The position numbers were made by a program, and so were the translations under genes. DNA of 64,000 nt from Takakia lepidozioides (taxonomy: Eukaryota > Plantae > Bryophyta): assembly GCA_030704615.1 (NCBI GenBank), contig CM060733.1:41540001-41604000 (forward strand), in the 5' to 3' direction. The stretch's first letter is position 1. Each line of letters begins with the position of its first letter. The notes beneath the pieces are model-generated. The model was not told the origin of the DNA and did no database searches. It saw only the letters and a list, made by a program, of their open reading frames with translations. Positions 26,901 through 39,513 of the stretch are shown here, one piece after another.

Positions 26901-29174
26901 TTAAAAACAACATTTTCCACTATTTGGGGTACTTTTGCTTACCACGTCATGCCCTTTGGTTTGTGTAATGCTCCTGGGACATACCAATGGATGATAAATA
27001 ACTCTTTTCAAAGAATATTTGAATGATTTTGTAAGAATTTTGTTGACGATTTATGTTGTTGCACTACTAAAAAGGAACACCTTAAAGCTTTAAGAAAATG
27101 CTTTGAAAAAAGCAGACTGTATAGCATAGCCCTCAATCCTATGAAGTGTTCTTTTGGGGCTAGGTATGGAGTTTTGCTAGGACACGTGATTAGCTAAAAA
27201 AGACTTCAGATCCAGCAAAAATTGAGTTAATAATGAAAATGTCACCACCAACTACTGTGAGAGAGACACACAGATTTAATGGGTCAACTGGTTATTATCG
27301 AAGGTTCGTAAATCACTTTACATTAATAATGTGACCTTTAACCAATTTGACCAAGAAAGGAATAGTGTTTGATTGGGAGGGAAATCCTCTTTGTCAATTA
27401 GCATTAAACTATTAAACAAGAATTAGTAACTGCTCCAATAATGCTAGCCCCAGACTTTGGAAAAATATTTTACTTATATGTGAGTGCTACTGAAGTTTCG
27501 GCGGCTAGTTGTTTAGCCTAGAGAGTGGAGTTGGATCATCCGATAGCTTATGCTAGTAGACCATTGATAACTGTTGAAAAGAATTATACCCCTTCCGAAA
27601 AGAAATGTTTGGCTCTGGTGTTTTCAGTAGCTCGTTTTCGCCATGATTGGTAGAAAATTTGTAATTTATATTGATGATCGAATAATCAAACTCCTCATGA
27701 ACAAATTAAATCCTCCAATAAGAATGATGAAGTGGATAATATTTTTGCAGGAATTTGATTGTGATCTAGTTAACAAACCTAGTAAAATTAATTCCTTGGT
27801 TGATTGTGGGGCAGGATCATGTGTACGATCTGAACTAGTACCCCCAGAAGAAGAATTTCTGGATGTTGAATTGTTTGGGATAGAACCTTTTATGAATTTA
27901 TTTTATGTGAGAGAAGTAGCTTCGTGGTATAAAGAGCTGACAAACTTTTTATCTACACGTAAGTACCTGGAAGGATCTACAAAACTTGAGCGACGAAAAC
28001 TACGCTTACAATCTGTCAAATTCAGCATTATTGCTGGAAAATTGTATCGAGAAGGTGTGGATGGGATGTATAGGCGTTGTGTTATTTCCAAAGAAATTCC
28101 AGTAATTTTAGAAGCCTGTCACAATAGTTGTTGCGGAGGTCACTTTGCGGGACTAACTACAGCCCAAAAGATTTTAAGAGCGGGGTATTGGTGGCCAAGT
28201 ATGTTTAAAGACTCATTTGAGTATGTTCAGAAATGCGATATTTGTCAGCGGTTCACAGGTACTTTTATTAAGAGTCAAACTAGACCGCTTGTGCCAATCA
28301 TAGCTTTGCTTCCATTTGAAAAATGGGGCATAGATTTTATGGGTCCATTTCACCCTACCTCAAGTTCTAGAAAAACTTATATTCTGGTAGCCACAGACTA
28401 TTTTACAAAATGGGCTGAGGCAATAGCTGTTAAGAAAGATGATGCCAAAACCACGGCTAATTTTTTATTTAATAATATCATCACCAGGTTTGGAGCCCCA
28501 TATGAACTGGTCTGGGACAGAGGTTGACATTTTCTTAATGATGTGATAAGCGATCTTACATAGACCTTTAGTATAAAACATAGGAAAAGTACGCCTTATC
28601 ACCCACAAGCTAATGGGTTAGCCGAGAGCACTAATAAAACGTTGGCTCAAATTTTACGAAAAATTGTAGATACCAATAAAAGAGACTCGGACTTAAAATT
28701 ACAAGGGGCAGTTTGGGCATATAACACTGCTATCAAAACTGTCACGGGTTTCACACCATATGCATTGGTCTATGGGACAGAGTGTGTGCTTCCTATAGAA
28801 CATGAAATCCAGACCATTAGGACCGCCATGGCTCATGACTTACCACTAGATGACTCAGTGAAAGAACGGTTAATTATGTTATCTCAGTTGGATGAATGGC
28901 CGACAGCCGCTCAACAAAATATAGAGACCCAACAAAAACAAAGGAAAATCAGATTTGATAAGGGCTCAAACCGGTATCGTGGGAACCAGGGGACTTAGTA
29001 ATGATAAATGAACCCAGACAAAAGTTGTTTCCCGGTAAATTTTCACATAAATGGTTTGGTCCTTTCATAGTAGAGGAGGCTTTTAAAAACGGTTCTTTAC
29101 AGTTAAAGGATACTGACGGTATATTGTTTCCAACTATGACGGCTGGAGAACAGGTGAAAAAATATTATGTGTAA
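23942..29174 (+). pseudogene. gag-pol of the first Gypsy (gag, PR, RT, degenerate RH, INT) with stops and frameshifts
   Basis: ORF pieces 23942-24310, 24261-24710, 24774-25292, 25436-26434, 26476-26904, 27643-28527 and 28642-28998 carry the expected motifs in Gypsy order. Confidence 0.92.
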
Positions 29175-29345
29175 TGTTTAACCATCCGGACTGTTCATAA
29201 TCGTCTTTCCAAGGTTTTTAGACTCCAATTTCTTAGAAGCTTCACTTAACATCATGATTTCAATTGTTTCTGAAACGGAGTCTGAGAGGATATATGAGGT
29301 CAATATTCATTTTGATTTCCGTATAAAGGCTGAAGTCATGATCCC

Positions 29346-29741
29346 TTGGTGTTACCAATAGTATGGACTTTACATTATGGACTTTCACGCAGTGGTTGGA
29401 ATTGGGTGATAAAAGATGTCAAAAATCATGGAGATGAAGAACATGTTGATTTTTGGACAGTAGTTAATGGTGACCATCTAGCTTACTTCTTTCCACCTTT
29501 AAAATTTCCTGGATATCGTAAGGTAGAAATTGGAAAGAATGTGTTGATGCAATATATCATTGACCCAATGGAGTTTTTTGGAAGACAGGCAGGTACAGTC
29601 AACATACGCTCTATGGTCAGTGAAACCTACTATGAGGAACAAGGCGAAGAAAAACAAATTCTAATAAAAGAAAATCCATGGGGGGTCTTTATTTTTTTAT
29701 TTTTGTCACACACAATCAGCCTAACATTCACTAAAGATTAA
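29346..29741 (+). CDS. Extra ORF of unknown function between integrase and the 3' LTR
   Basis: A 131-aa open frame with globular-looking composition in AT-rich surroundings. No motif recognised. Confidence 0.35.
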   Translation: MVLPIVWTLHYGLSRSGWNWVIKDVKNHGDEEHVDFWTVVNGDHLAYFFPPLKFPGYRKVEIGKNVLMQYIIDPMEFFGRQAGTVNIRSMVSETYYEEQGEEKQILIKENPWGVFIFLFLSHTISLTFTKD

Positions 29742-30650
29742 TGGGACCAGTTGGGGAGAAGGGGGTCCGATGGGAAAAAACTTGAGCAAATGGCTCATAC
29801 CTTATTGCATTTATTTCAAGCAATCCAAGCATTCTTGCATTTACACTTAACGCACCACTTGGATAACTTTCCACGGGCTTAAAATAATTGGTTCTAACCC
29901 AATAACCTTATATTAGGGTATGTATATTTATAAAGTACTACACAAGGATGATGCAGCATACACAAGAGTCCATAATGGACTGCAGTATATCATGGGAAAA
30001 AGATTTGGGTGCATTTGTTTGATAATATGAGTATGAGAATTTCAACCTTGCTCTCACCTGTTTTGGAAGAATAAACCCATGCATGCATCCTGGCATAAGC
30101 CGGTGGACAAGGAACCAGAGGGGGTAACCTTTTCCGGATTATATCACTTCACTGCTCCTAACCACTTTTAAAAAAAAAAAATGGGAAGATCTCTCATATG
30201 AGGGACGGTCACACACTTTGCTATCATCACTTACAAAATATAAACGTGTAAAAATGTATTTTCTGCACAGCACAAAAATAATGCACAAAAGATAAAGAGC
30301 AGAATATTTAAAAGACATAAAGTTCTTGTAAGTTAATACAAGTTACTGTCAAGGTTGGACAGTAAATCTTGAATTCCAACAAAGTTCTTCTTACAGCGTC
30401 TCCTTGAGTTTATAACGAGTGAATCATTTTATTTAGATTTCCATATTTATTTTACAAAGAGATTATTTGGGTATATATGATAATAGTTTCATGTTATTAT
30501 CTCTCTCACACTAACCAGGGATTCTGGGTTCGTCGTCAAGGGACTAACTGTATCGGTATGATCGCCAAAAATGTTAAGTGAATCTACAGCCTTGTGCTAA
30601 AATCATGATCTATAGAGAATATTAGCACCAATTGATATGGGCTTTGAACT

Positions 30651-31205
30651 TGAGACCTACTCCGCGAATATGAGGTGTGAAAATAATTTAAAAACATTCG
30701 AAAAACTTTTGTTGTGTCAAGGATTGATCCTAAAATCTCCAAGGAGTGAATTTGGAGGAAAAACAAAGAAATTATTGGAATCCTGGAAATTAAAAGGTGC
30801 CAGAACAGAAAATTAAAGTGACCAATGAGAAAGAAGGAACCATTGGTATCTAAGAAATAAAGCGTTGTCCCTTGAAAGAAAATGATGAAAAAGAAAAAGG
30901 AGAAGAGGACAAGAAGGCAAAAAAAAAAAAATGACTGAAGGACATGGAGCAGAGTAGGAATCAAGGAAGGAGACTAGATGAGGGGTGGTAGTATGAGAGA
31001 CTACGATTGAAGACTATGAAGAAGGCTATAAAAGTAGATTGAAAATGTGGAAAATTGCCTAGACGATGTACACATTTAAATATAAATAAATGAAATATTT
31101 ATCAAGCTATCTATTGAGTCATTGATAACATAGTCATTTCACTTGTCCAAGGATCCGTAAGCCGGACATGGAAAGGTGGGTATCGGATCCATGGTGGCCA
31201 AATTC
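30651..31205 (+). repeat. 3' LTR of the first Gypsy (may extend to ~31472)
   Basis: Direct repeat of 22912-23472. AT-rich LTR-like sequence continues to gggaCA at 31472. Confidence 0.75.
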
Positions 31206-32854
31206 TTGGCTGCCTGAGATCAGATCTGCCGGAACACCGCAACTCCTTGATCTTAAGTGGAAGGCTTAATTACATAAAGGAAATAAATAGTAGCATAGGA
31301 AACAGGAAAGCGATGAAGGAAGAACTATAATATTTGTCATCATTTTCAATATTATAATGAAGTTAGTTTTCCATTCCCTTCATTTGTGAAATAAATAAAT
31401 AATTATGTAGCGGGAAAATATGGACAAACACCATTGACCCCGCGCCCAGTTTGAGCGGAAACAAAAGGGACAGAACCTGCTTCTGTCAGGGGTTGACGTT
31501 GGTAGTATGACTTACCTTCATATATAGAATTAATCCGGGTTTTCCAGGTGAAGTAGAGTTGTTACGCTTTGCTTTGTCGGTAGGAATTAGACTATCTAGA
31601 TCCGTCCATAACTGCCACGGACCCCTGCACTTACCGCAGCCGCGTAGGCGGTTCGTTGAGCCCAACCTACACCGCAACTTGTCACGACCCCCTAGGCTAG
31701 TATGTCGTCACCCTGGCCGCGCGCGACCAGGGCTCGTCACTAAGCAGTCTCCCTCATATGAACAATACTTAGCCTCTGCAGCGTTGTTCGATCGGCTAGC
31801 ATAAGCCACTACGAACTTTCTTCCCTCATCATCCACTTGTGTGAGCACCACTCCACCAGCATGCTCCAATCTGTATGCAGCTGAAAAGAACGCTCCTTGA
31901 TAGGTCGTCTTAAGATATGCGCTGAGGTCAACCTCGCCTTGAGTTCTTGAAAAGCTCGTTCTTGCTCATCTTCCCATTGCCACTCCTGGTTCACTTTGGT
32001 CAGCTTGGTTAGAGCCTTTGCAATGGCACTAAATCCCTTGACAAACCGTCTATAATAGTTTGCCAACCCCATGAAAACTCGAACTCGGCTCACATCCATG
32101 GGGCGTGGAATCTGTGCAATGGCCTCTACCTTAGTCTATTGTACCCCCAATCCTGCAAGATATATCATGTGACCCAGATACTCAATCTGGTTGTGGAAAA
32201 AATTGCACTTCCCCGGATGTAACTTTAGTCTGTGCGCCCTCAAGCGCTCAAATACCACTTGAAGGTGTCTCTCATGCTCCTCCACCGTAGCACTAAAGAT
32301 GATGATACATCATCTATGTAGCACCGAGCAAACTCCACCCCTGCTAGAATCCTGTCCATGACTCTCTGAAACTCTGCAAGAGTGTTCTTAAGCCCAAATG
32401 GTAAGAACTGCCATTGGTATAGGCAATCCTTCCCATGCTCATTGATCCCTCGGAATGCCGTCTTCTGCTTATCCGCCTCCTTGATCGGCAACTGGTGATA
32501 TCCGGATCGTAAATCCAAAGTGTTAAAGACCTCGGCATGCCCAATGGCATAAAAAATCTCCTCTAGTGTTGGCATGATATACCTATCGGACTTGGTCTGA
32601 CAATTTACACGCCGGTAATCACAACACATACGTCTCTGCGTCCAATTGCCATAGACATCTTTCTTGGCTAGCATCACTGTGGCTGAAGCATGCTCTTCAC
32701 CAGATAGCTCCACCAAACCAGCCTCCCAGAGGTCCTGAATCCTCACCTGAATCAAGGACCTCTCCATGTCACTGTATCTATAGGGTCTCCGAAAGATTGG
32801 CGTGTCAGTGGCCAATTCAATGCGAATCTCTTGACCCTTCAGTGCTCCCAAGTC

Positions 32855-33451
32855 TGTCAAGGACGAGAACATGACAGAACACAAACAAGAGATCAGACTA
32901 GAGGTACAAGACTAGACAAGAAGTCAAGGTCGGCGTGGCCGAATGCATGGTAGGTGAACATGAATCAAAATGATCTTTATAACAATGAACAAGAGTACAA
33001 AATACTGGAACTCGACTCGGATAGTGGAATGCTGGAAACTGGACTGGATACTGGAAGCTGGACTGGAGTACTGGACTTGGAATTGGAGTAGCTTGAACTT
33101 GTGTTGGCAAGACTGAAGAGTGTCCAGTCTCGCCTCCTATATATACTGGCTACTAAGAAGCTTCCCCAAGAAGCTTCCCCTATGGAGGTTTCTTGTTGGA
33201 GAAGTTTTCAAGATTAAACAAAGGTTTATTGATGGAGAAGCTTCCTTAAACAAATGAGGTATCTTGATGGAGAAGTTTCCTCCAAAGGAAGCTTCCTGAG
33301 TAGTTTCCCAAGTTACTCTTGGTAATTTGGTAAACTCCCGATAATTTGGTAAGTAATGATAAATCATGGTAGATCATGGTAAATCATGGTAATTTGATAA
33401 CTTCTGGTATTTACTCCTGGTGCTAAGTTCCTCTGGGCTATGTCTGTGACA
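32855..33451. mobile_element. Solo LTR (597 bp) of another family
   Basis: Starts TGTCA and ends TGACA. Flanked by a perfect 5-bp TSD AAGTC (32850-32854 and 33452-33456) inside the RT start of the minus-strand element. Confidence 0.9.
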
Positions 33452-33670
33452 AAGTCTTTCAAACTGAAGACAAGCAGTTCTTGTAACCTTCAAGAACCGC
33501 CGTATACGTCGTCTCTTTCCTCTGGTTACTATGGGTCCAATATCAGGCTCCCAGTTGTCCTCTGTGACTGCAACCTTGAGTCCAGCAGGCTTAGAGGTAG
33601 AAGACGCGTCCCGTGGTTGTTATGCCGTAGCCTCTTGAGGAATCCCTGTCTGCTCAGTCCCTGACTGCTC

Positions 33671-34037
33671 TGTCATGGTTTTAATCATGGTTATCTAGAA
33701 TTACCTACTTCTAGTTAACTAGAACATTTTAGATATTTATATTTATATTTTGTGTGTTGGGACTTCATTTGGTCTCACATGCCAAGTGAGGTGTCGAGCC
33801 TCACTTGGGACATGGGGATAGGTTTTCCCCTTGTGATGATGGATGAGGCTCATCTTCTTGTAGTTGAGCCTCCATGAGCCTCTCCCACCTCCATAGCTCT
33901 AGGTATTGAGAGGGAGTGTGGTGAGGGCTTTGTAGGGTGGATTCCCTTAGCAAATGTGCCCTTGGCTTGACTTAGTTTAATTGATTGAGTGGATTCATGA
34001 GTGGAGTGTTTCCATTGTGTGTTCACTTCCATTATCA
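33671..34037 (+). repeat. Terminal repeat A1 (367 bp)
   Basis: Matches 44291-44657 with 9 substitutions counted by eye and no indels. Confidence 0.95.
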
Positions 34038-35504
34038 CTACAAGAAGATCACCTTATGCTTGTGAGTGCGGAGTGTAAGGATTAGTTTTAGCACTTGTGT
34101 TGGTGTACACCAAGGAATGAGGGAGCTAGGAAAGCTCAAGTATCTCACAAGACTTGCAAGGTGTTGCAATGAGGAGTGTTTTTGCATTGCATCAAAGAGG
34201 TGGAGAGCTCAAGAAGAGAGCTCTTGAGTTACAAGACTTTGCAGAGGTGGAGAGCTTAAGGAGAAAGCTCTTGTATCACAAAGCTTGCATGGTTTTGCAA
34301 GGTAAGTGCTTGTATGTGCACTAAGGGTTTGAGAGCTTGGAAAAGAGCTCTTACATCACAAGAGAAGTGTCTTGTGTGTGGAGAATTTAAACACTAGGGT
34401 TTCAACAGCAAGCTCTAGTACTTGTTCATGGTGTGAAAGAGAAGCCAAAGAGCGGCACATGCTTGGGTTGGAACACCATAGGAGGAGTACAACAAGGGTA
34501 GCTTGATGAGCATTGAGTAGCTCAAGAGAAGCTAAGAAGTGGTTGTTCTATCCATGGTGAAATGAAGCCAAGTGGGGTTTCATTTGGTTGACAAACAAGC
34601 AAGCGAAGGCGGCGCTAGAAGAGAGTGATTTTGCTAGTTCTATGAGTTCTTGGATTGCTCTTGGTGAAGCAAGTGATTGACCAAGCAAGTGGCGTATGTG
34701 TGGAGCATGCTTTCCAAGTATGGCTTCCAATTCAAGCTTGAGGAGAGCTAGAAGGTGAAGTGAGCAAGTTCATTCCTTGTGTATGAGGTGGTGCATGTTG
34801 TGGAAGAAAAGCCAAGGAGCTACATAGGTTAGGGCTTGAAGACAACAAAAGCAACCAGTTGGAGAGCATCAAGAAGCTCCAAAGGAAAGCATGTGGGTGA
34901 GAATTCTATCCATGATGATGTGAAACCAAGCCTAGAGTATTAAAGAGCTTGGAGCGCATGTGGGAGATCATTGGAGGTGGTCTTCATGAAGAAAAGAGAT
35001 TGTGGCTCACGGCATGCATAGCAACTTCAACCATACATTAGCATGTGACAAGACAAGGAAGGGGAAGGTGAAGCTCATGTATTCATTCCTTTTTTGCTTA
35101 AGTTTTGTGGTGGATGGTTGATCAAGCAAGTGATGCTTATGTGGAGCATGCTCTTTAGGGCTTGTGACTTCAAGTTTGAGAAGATGAGCTCTTGAATAGA
35201 GGTGTGGATACACATTATGATGAATGAAGACAACACCTAGGTCAAGAGGTGGAAGTGTGTGTGACTAGCCCACGCAAGGGAAAGCACATGGAAGATGGCA
35301 TACAAAATTCAAATTCAAGCAAGGCTTGGCACTTGTCATTGGGCACATTAGCGTGCTATGAGTTCCAAGGAGATCAAGAGGAACTTGTCAATTTGGGATG
35401 AATGCATTGCAAAGTAAGATAATGCAATCTTGCATGCATGCTAGGGGGGAAGATACCATGAAGAAGGTGTTTCTTACTATACTTTACAAACCCTAGTCCC
35501 CATA

Positions 35505-35690
35505 CTCTTCAAGAAACTGTGTATGGGCTCCCTCTGCCCATCATACACTTTTGTGAACAGAGTATGGAACCCCTCTGCCCAACATACACTTTTGAGAACA
35601 GAGTATGGGCGCCCTCTGCCCAACATACGTTTTTGTGAACAGTGTATGGGCTCCCTCTGTCCCGCCATACACTTTTGTGAACAGTGTATG
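35505..35690. repeat. Minisatellite of ~38-39 bp units, about 4.5 copies, in the element leader
   Basis: Unit approximately catacacttttgtgaacagtgtatgggctccctctgccc. Confidence 0.85.
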
Positions 35691-36591
35691 AATACAAGTG
35701 GAGAGACTTTGTCTACCATACGTTTTCATTAAAAGTGTATGACATCTAGGGTGTATCTGGAGGAGTATTGCCCAATATTTGGCAAACATTTGGAGCTTTG
35801 GAGGGCTATTTGGAGGACTATTTTGGGGTCCTTGGAGGCTAATATTTGGCGAGCTTAAGGAGTCTTTGGCAACTTGTCTGAAGGACTTTTTGGGGTCCTT
35901 GAGGGCCAAGATTTGGCAGGCTTTGGGGGCCTTAGTGAGATTGTTTGAAAGACATCTTGAGGGCTCTTGGAGAGTTATTTGAGAGACCCTGGAAGGTAGT
36001 TATGTCTGTTGGTCATGAGCAAGAGCGTTTAGAGATAGGGGGAGACTAGTGGGATGAGAGCATTCTAGGATTAGGAATTGCTTTAGTCTCTCTTCCTCCT
36101 ACTCTTCCACCCTCTATGTAGGCCAAAACCTTTCCGTAGGTGGAGGCAAGAGTCAGTCCGGGTTTAGGCTGGGGTGTCCTTGCAGGAGCGACACTGTGGA
36201 GTGTTTTTTTGGTGTGGGGAGTTACTGTCTTGATTTTCTTGTGTTTGGATCCCCCCCACACCTGCATGCTTGACTGTGCGCCATGTCAGTTTTGTGTGGG
36301 CGCTTGTTTTCATAGGAGGTTGGTCTGGATTTGATCACCGGCCAATCCTAGAGCATGTTGTCGGTGGTGAGGCTGGGGTGATGACCAGTCAGACCATCAT
36401 TGTTTCTCTTATGGTGAGGCTGGGTTGATGACCAGCAGACCATATGAGTGCTTGCGGTGGATGCAGGTGCAGGTTTATGCTACAAACCTAGTAGTCTAAG
36501 CCATAAGCCGCAACAGGTTCTCTACCCGGTTACCTTGTGGAAAGGGGGATTAGAGACAGGTTTACAACAGGTGTGGTTGTGAGTTTTCATC

Positions 36592-38700
36592 ACGGAGGTG
36601 CCACCAATTGCTGAGGAGAGTGCCGGTACGAGCACCAGCGATACTAGTGGGTATACAAGACGAGGTGTGCGGTTTAGGCCACCTTCACCTTCAGTGTCTT
36701 CTGAGGAAGGTTTAGACTCAGAGTTAGGAGGATTCTCGCCGAGGGTGCAAGCCGTTTCCGTGCCATTGTTGTGGGATAAAATGGAGGAAATGTATGGAGC
36801 TACCAAGGGGCCACGTCGGTACTTTGGAGCTGTGTGCACCATCGAGCTTGATGATTTCATACAGGAGTTTGATAGTTGGTGTGATTTGCAGCAGATGCGC
36901 AATCCATAACTGTTTACACATTTTATGGCGTGGAAGGGGCTGTTTCAGCACCTTGAGGGGCCGCCCATGGATGACTACCATGAGTTTAGGCGGGGACATG
37001 AGGTGGAGATTGAGGAATGGCGGGTGTATTGGTCACCTGACTATGTCTCCATCACTAGAGGCACAAGGGCAGTGGTGACACCGGTAGCTACACCGGCAGC
37101 TTCTGCAAGCAGTAGTGGGACGTCAAGTGGAACATGAGCTGGGAAGTCCACCCAAGTTCTTGCTGCAGCACCAACACCCGTGCCTGCTTTTAACCCAGTT
37201 GTGGAGTTCTTCGAGGAGTTAAGGAGAAACTACCAAGGGATAAGGATAGAGAAATTGCGGAGCTTGCAAGAGTTCCAGCGCAAGCCTACTGAGAGTTTGA
37301 GGGAGGCTTACACGCGCATGAGGCGATTGATAAATGTAACCCAAGGGATTACGGAAGCTCAAGCAGTCCAATTGTGGTATGGGATATTGGACAAGGAGTT
37401 GAGGAGAAGGGTGCAGGATGCAACTCTCCTACAAGTGGTCCAACCCACCTTAGCAAATGTGTTTTTGCTGGCAGAGCGGATAGAGCTCAATATGGTGGAG
37501 GAGCGAGTGGTCATGGTGGGATTTGGTAAGGAGACACAATGAAGTGGGGCTCCTAGCCAACAACAACCACTACCCCAACATGCTCAAGGCAACAAGGGGG
37601 CTCAGGCGAAGCCCAGGGAAGGACAGAAAGGATCTCAATTTTAGAGGTCACTTCCTTCATTCTCAGGCCAACAACAGTCGGGTGTGACATGTTGGGATTG
37701 TGGAGGACCCCATGTTAAGAGAGATTGCCTGGAGAGAGGCAAAGGGCCGACACAGGCACAGCCTACACAACTACAGTGTGGGCATTGTGGCAAGTATGGG
37801 CATGAGGAGGCCCATTGTTATGACTTGCATCCTGAGCTACGGCCAGGCCAGTTCCAAGGGAACAATGGTGGCCGAGGACGAGGCAATGTAGTCCAGAGAG
37901 GTAGAGGAGGCAGAGGTCGTGGTGGAGGACGTAACCAAAACCAAGGAGCACAGGGTCAGGGTCAAGGTCATGACCAAGGCATGGTGGATAGACTTGCCCA
38001 GCTAGAGCAACGTCTTGCTGCCATGGCCACTACTCATGTTGCGCCAGCTCCAAGGCTTGAGGTTCAAGCCCCACCTGCACAACCTCCTATGCCTAGGGAA
38101 GACCAGATTGGTATGGGCTTCATGTGTGGAGCCACACTTGCAGGACCATTGCATGTGGACTCTGCAGCTGCTGTCACTCGAGCAGCAACGCGTGCTCCTG
38201 AGCCAAGAGGAGCGGATGTGGATTTTGATCCACAAAGAGGGGAAGCAAGTCGGCAGACAAGGCTTCCACAGTCTTTCACATTGGCTGAGACAGGGCCAAC
38301 TATGCCATCGATGGCACCCGCTCGCCCAAGTGTGTCAGAAGTAGAGCCACGAGTGTCATTGGGGAGAGTTGGTGTGGCTCGGAAAATGCCAGTGGGTGGT
38401 GCAGCAAAGCAAGGTGCAGCCAGTACATTGTTGGGGGCGGCTACGGCAATTTGCCAAGCTCCATTGTTTTCTGCCACGACAATTGCAATGCCGGGGATAC
38501 GGCCAGCTGCAGTGTTTAGACTGGCAGCTGCACTCTGTGAGAGTGGTGATGCATCGGCACTATCTGCGGGGATAGCGGATCAGGTGCAGTGCATGGATGC
38601 CTTGGATTCAAGGGTGAAACAGCCACAGCTGCGCCATGGCAAGCGGCAGCTGCAAGGTTGCAGGAGTTGCCAGCTAGACCAGCCATTGAGCGTAGTATGG
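36592..38700 (+). pseudogene. gag with two CCHC zinc knuckles and an RGG/Q-rich region; interrupted by in-frame stops
   Basis: LDDFIQEFDSW, QKPTESLREAYTR, CWDCGGPHVKRDC, CGHCGKYGHEEAHC, GRGRG repeats. Confidence 0.88.
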
Positions 38701-39150
38701 TGACTCCCGGGGTAGTCCTGGTGGACAATCAGGATGGTGTGTTTCAGTTGGGTGGCCCAGCCGGGAGGAGGTATAGGCCACTGCGGGTCTTGTTGGACTC
38801 GGGAGCACAACCATTGATGTTGGGAAGAGCAGCAATTGCAGGCTTGGGCCTTACAGAGGCGGATTTGGAGCCTTGCCCTTTCCAAATTCAAACATCTTTG
38901 GGCGGTTTAGAGAAGGCACGAGGGATTACACGCCATGAGCTCTTCATTCGATTGCAGCCAGATCATCCTACAGATGGCTCTGTCATGAGAGCTAAAGCCA
39001 TTGTTACGGACGCGATGTCTTATGATGTACTTGTTGGTGGGGCTGTGTTATACCCGATGGGCTTTACTTTGGACTTTTGGGAGGAAACGGCATCCTACAG
39101 GCCGGAATGGCAGTCAGGGGATGGTCGACGTGCACTGCTCCCAGTGCGGT
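38690..39150 (+). CDS. Retropepsin-like aspartic protease domain
   Basis: VLLDSGAQPLML active-site motif and YDVLVGGAVL C-terminal motif. Confidence 0.85.
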
Positions 39151-39513
39151 TTATTGGGAATGTAGCGGTGGATCATAGGAACATGATGCCCACATTGGCT
39201 GCATTCTCAGGGGTGGTGGCTTGGGGTGGTGAGCTCTTGGAGGGCAATAGCCATGCAGATGATAGGCCACCACCTGATGAGGACAAACAATTGGCATACA
39301 AGGCTGATTTGCTTCCTCATGTGTCTGTTCATATTCCACTGTGGGGTACAGTTAGGAAGTACCAGGCGAGTGTGTGCACCAAGCATGGCAGGAGGCATAT
39401 CCATTGGTGAGTGAGGGGAGTTCAGTGACATCACCTGGACTTCAGTGACATCACCTGGACTTCCTCAGTTAGCTCCTTTGGATACAATGCCCATTACCTG
39501 GCAACCATCTGAC

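Larger units (their letters stand above)
22912..31205 (+). mobile_element. Ty3/Gypsy non-chromovirus (Athila/Tat-like) LTR retrotransposon, decayed, with an extra 5' RNase H ORF and a 3' ORF
   Basis: Direct repeats at 22912-23472 and 30651-31205. gag with two CCHC knuckles (24261-25292), protease LVDAGSGVN, RT (LRVCVDY, MPFGL, VDD), RH, integrase (HHCC, WGIDF, DRG, NGLAE, GPF). No chromodomain. Confidence 0.92.

Noticed and set aside
34036-34049. CACTA terminal repeat (cactacaagaa) right after A1
   Set aside because: No matching downstream TIR or 3-bp TSD was found. It is an inverted copy of 33852-33863 within the repeat region.
35505-35690. CRISPR-like array
   Set aside because: The units are contiguous with no unique spacers, the context is eukaryotic and there are no cas genes. 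It is a minisatellite.
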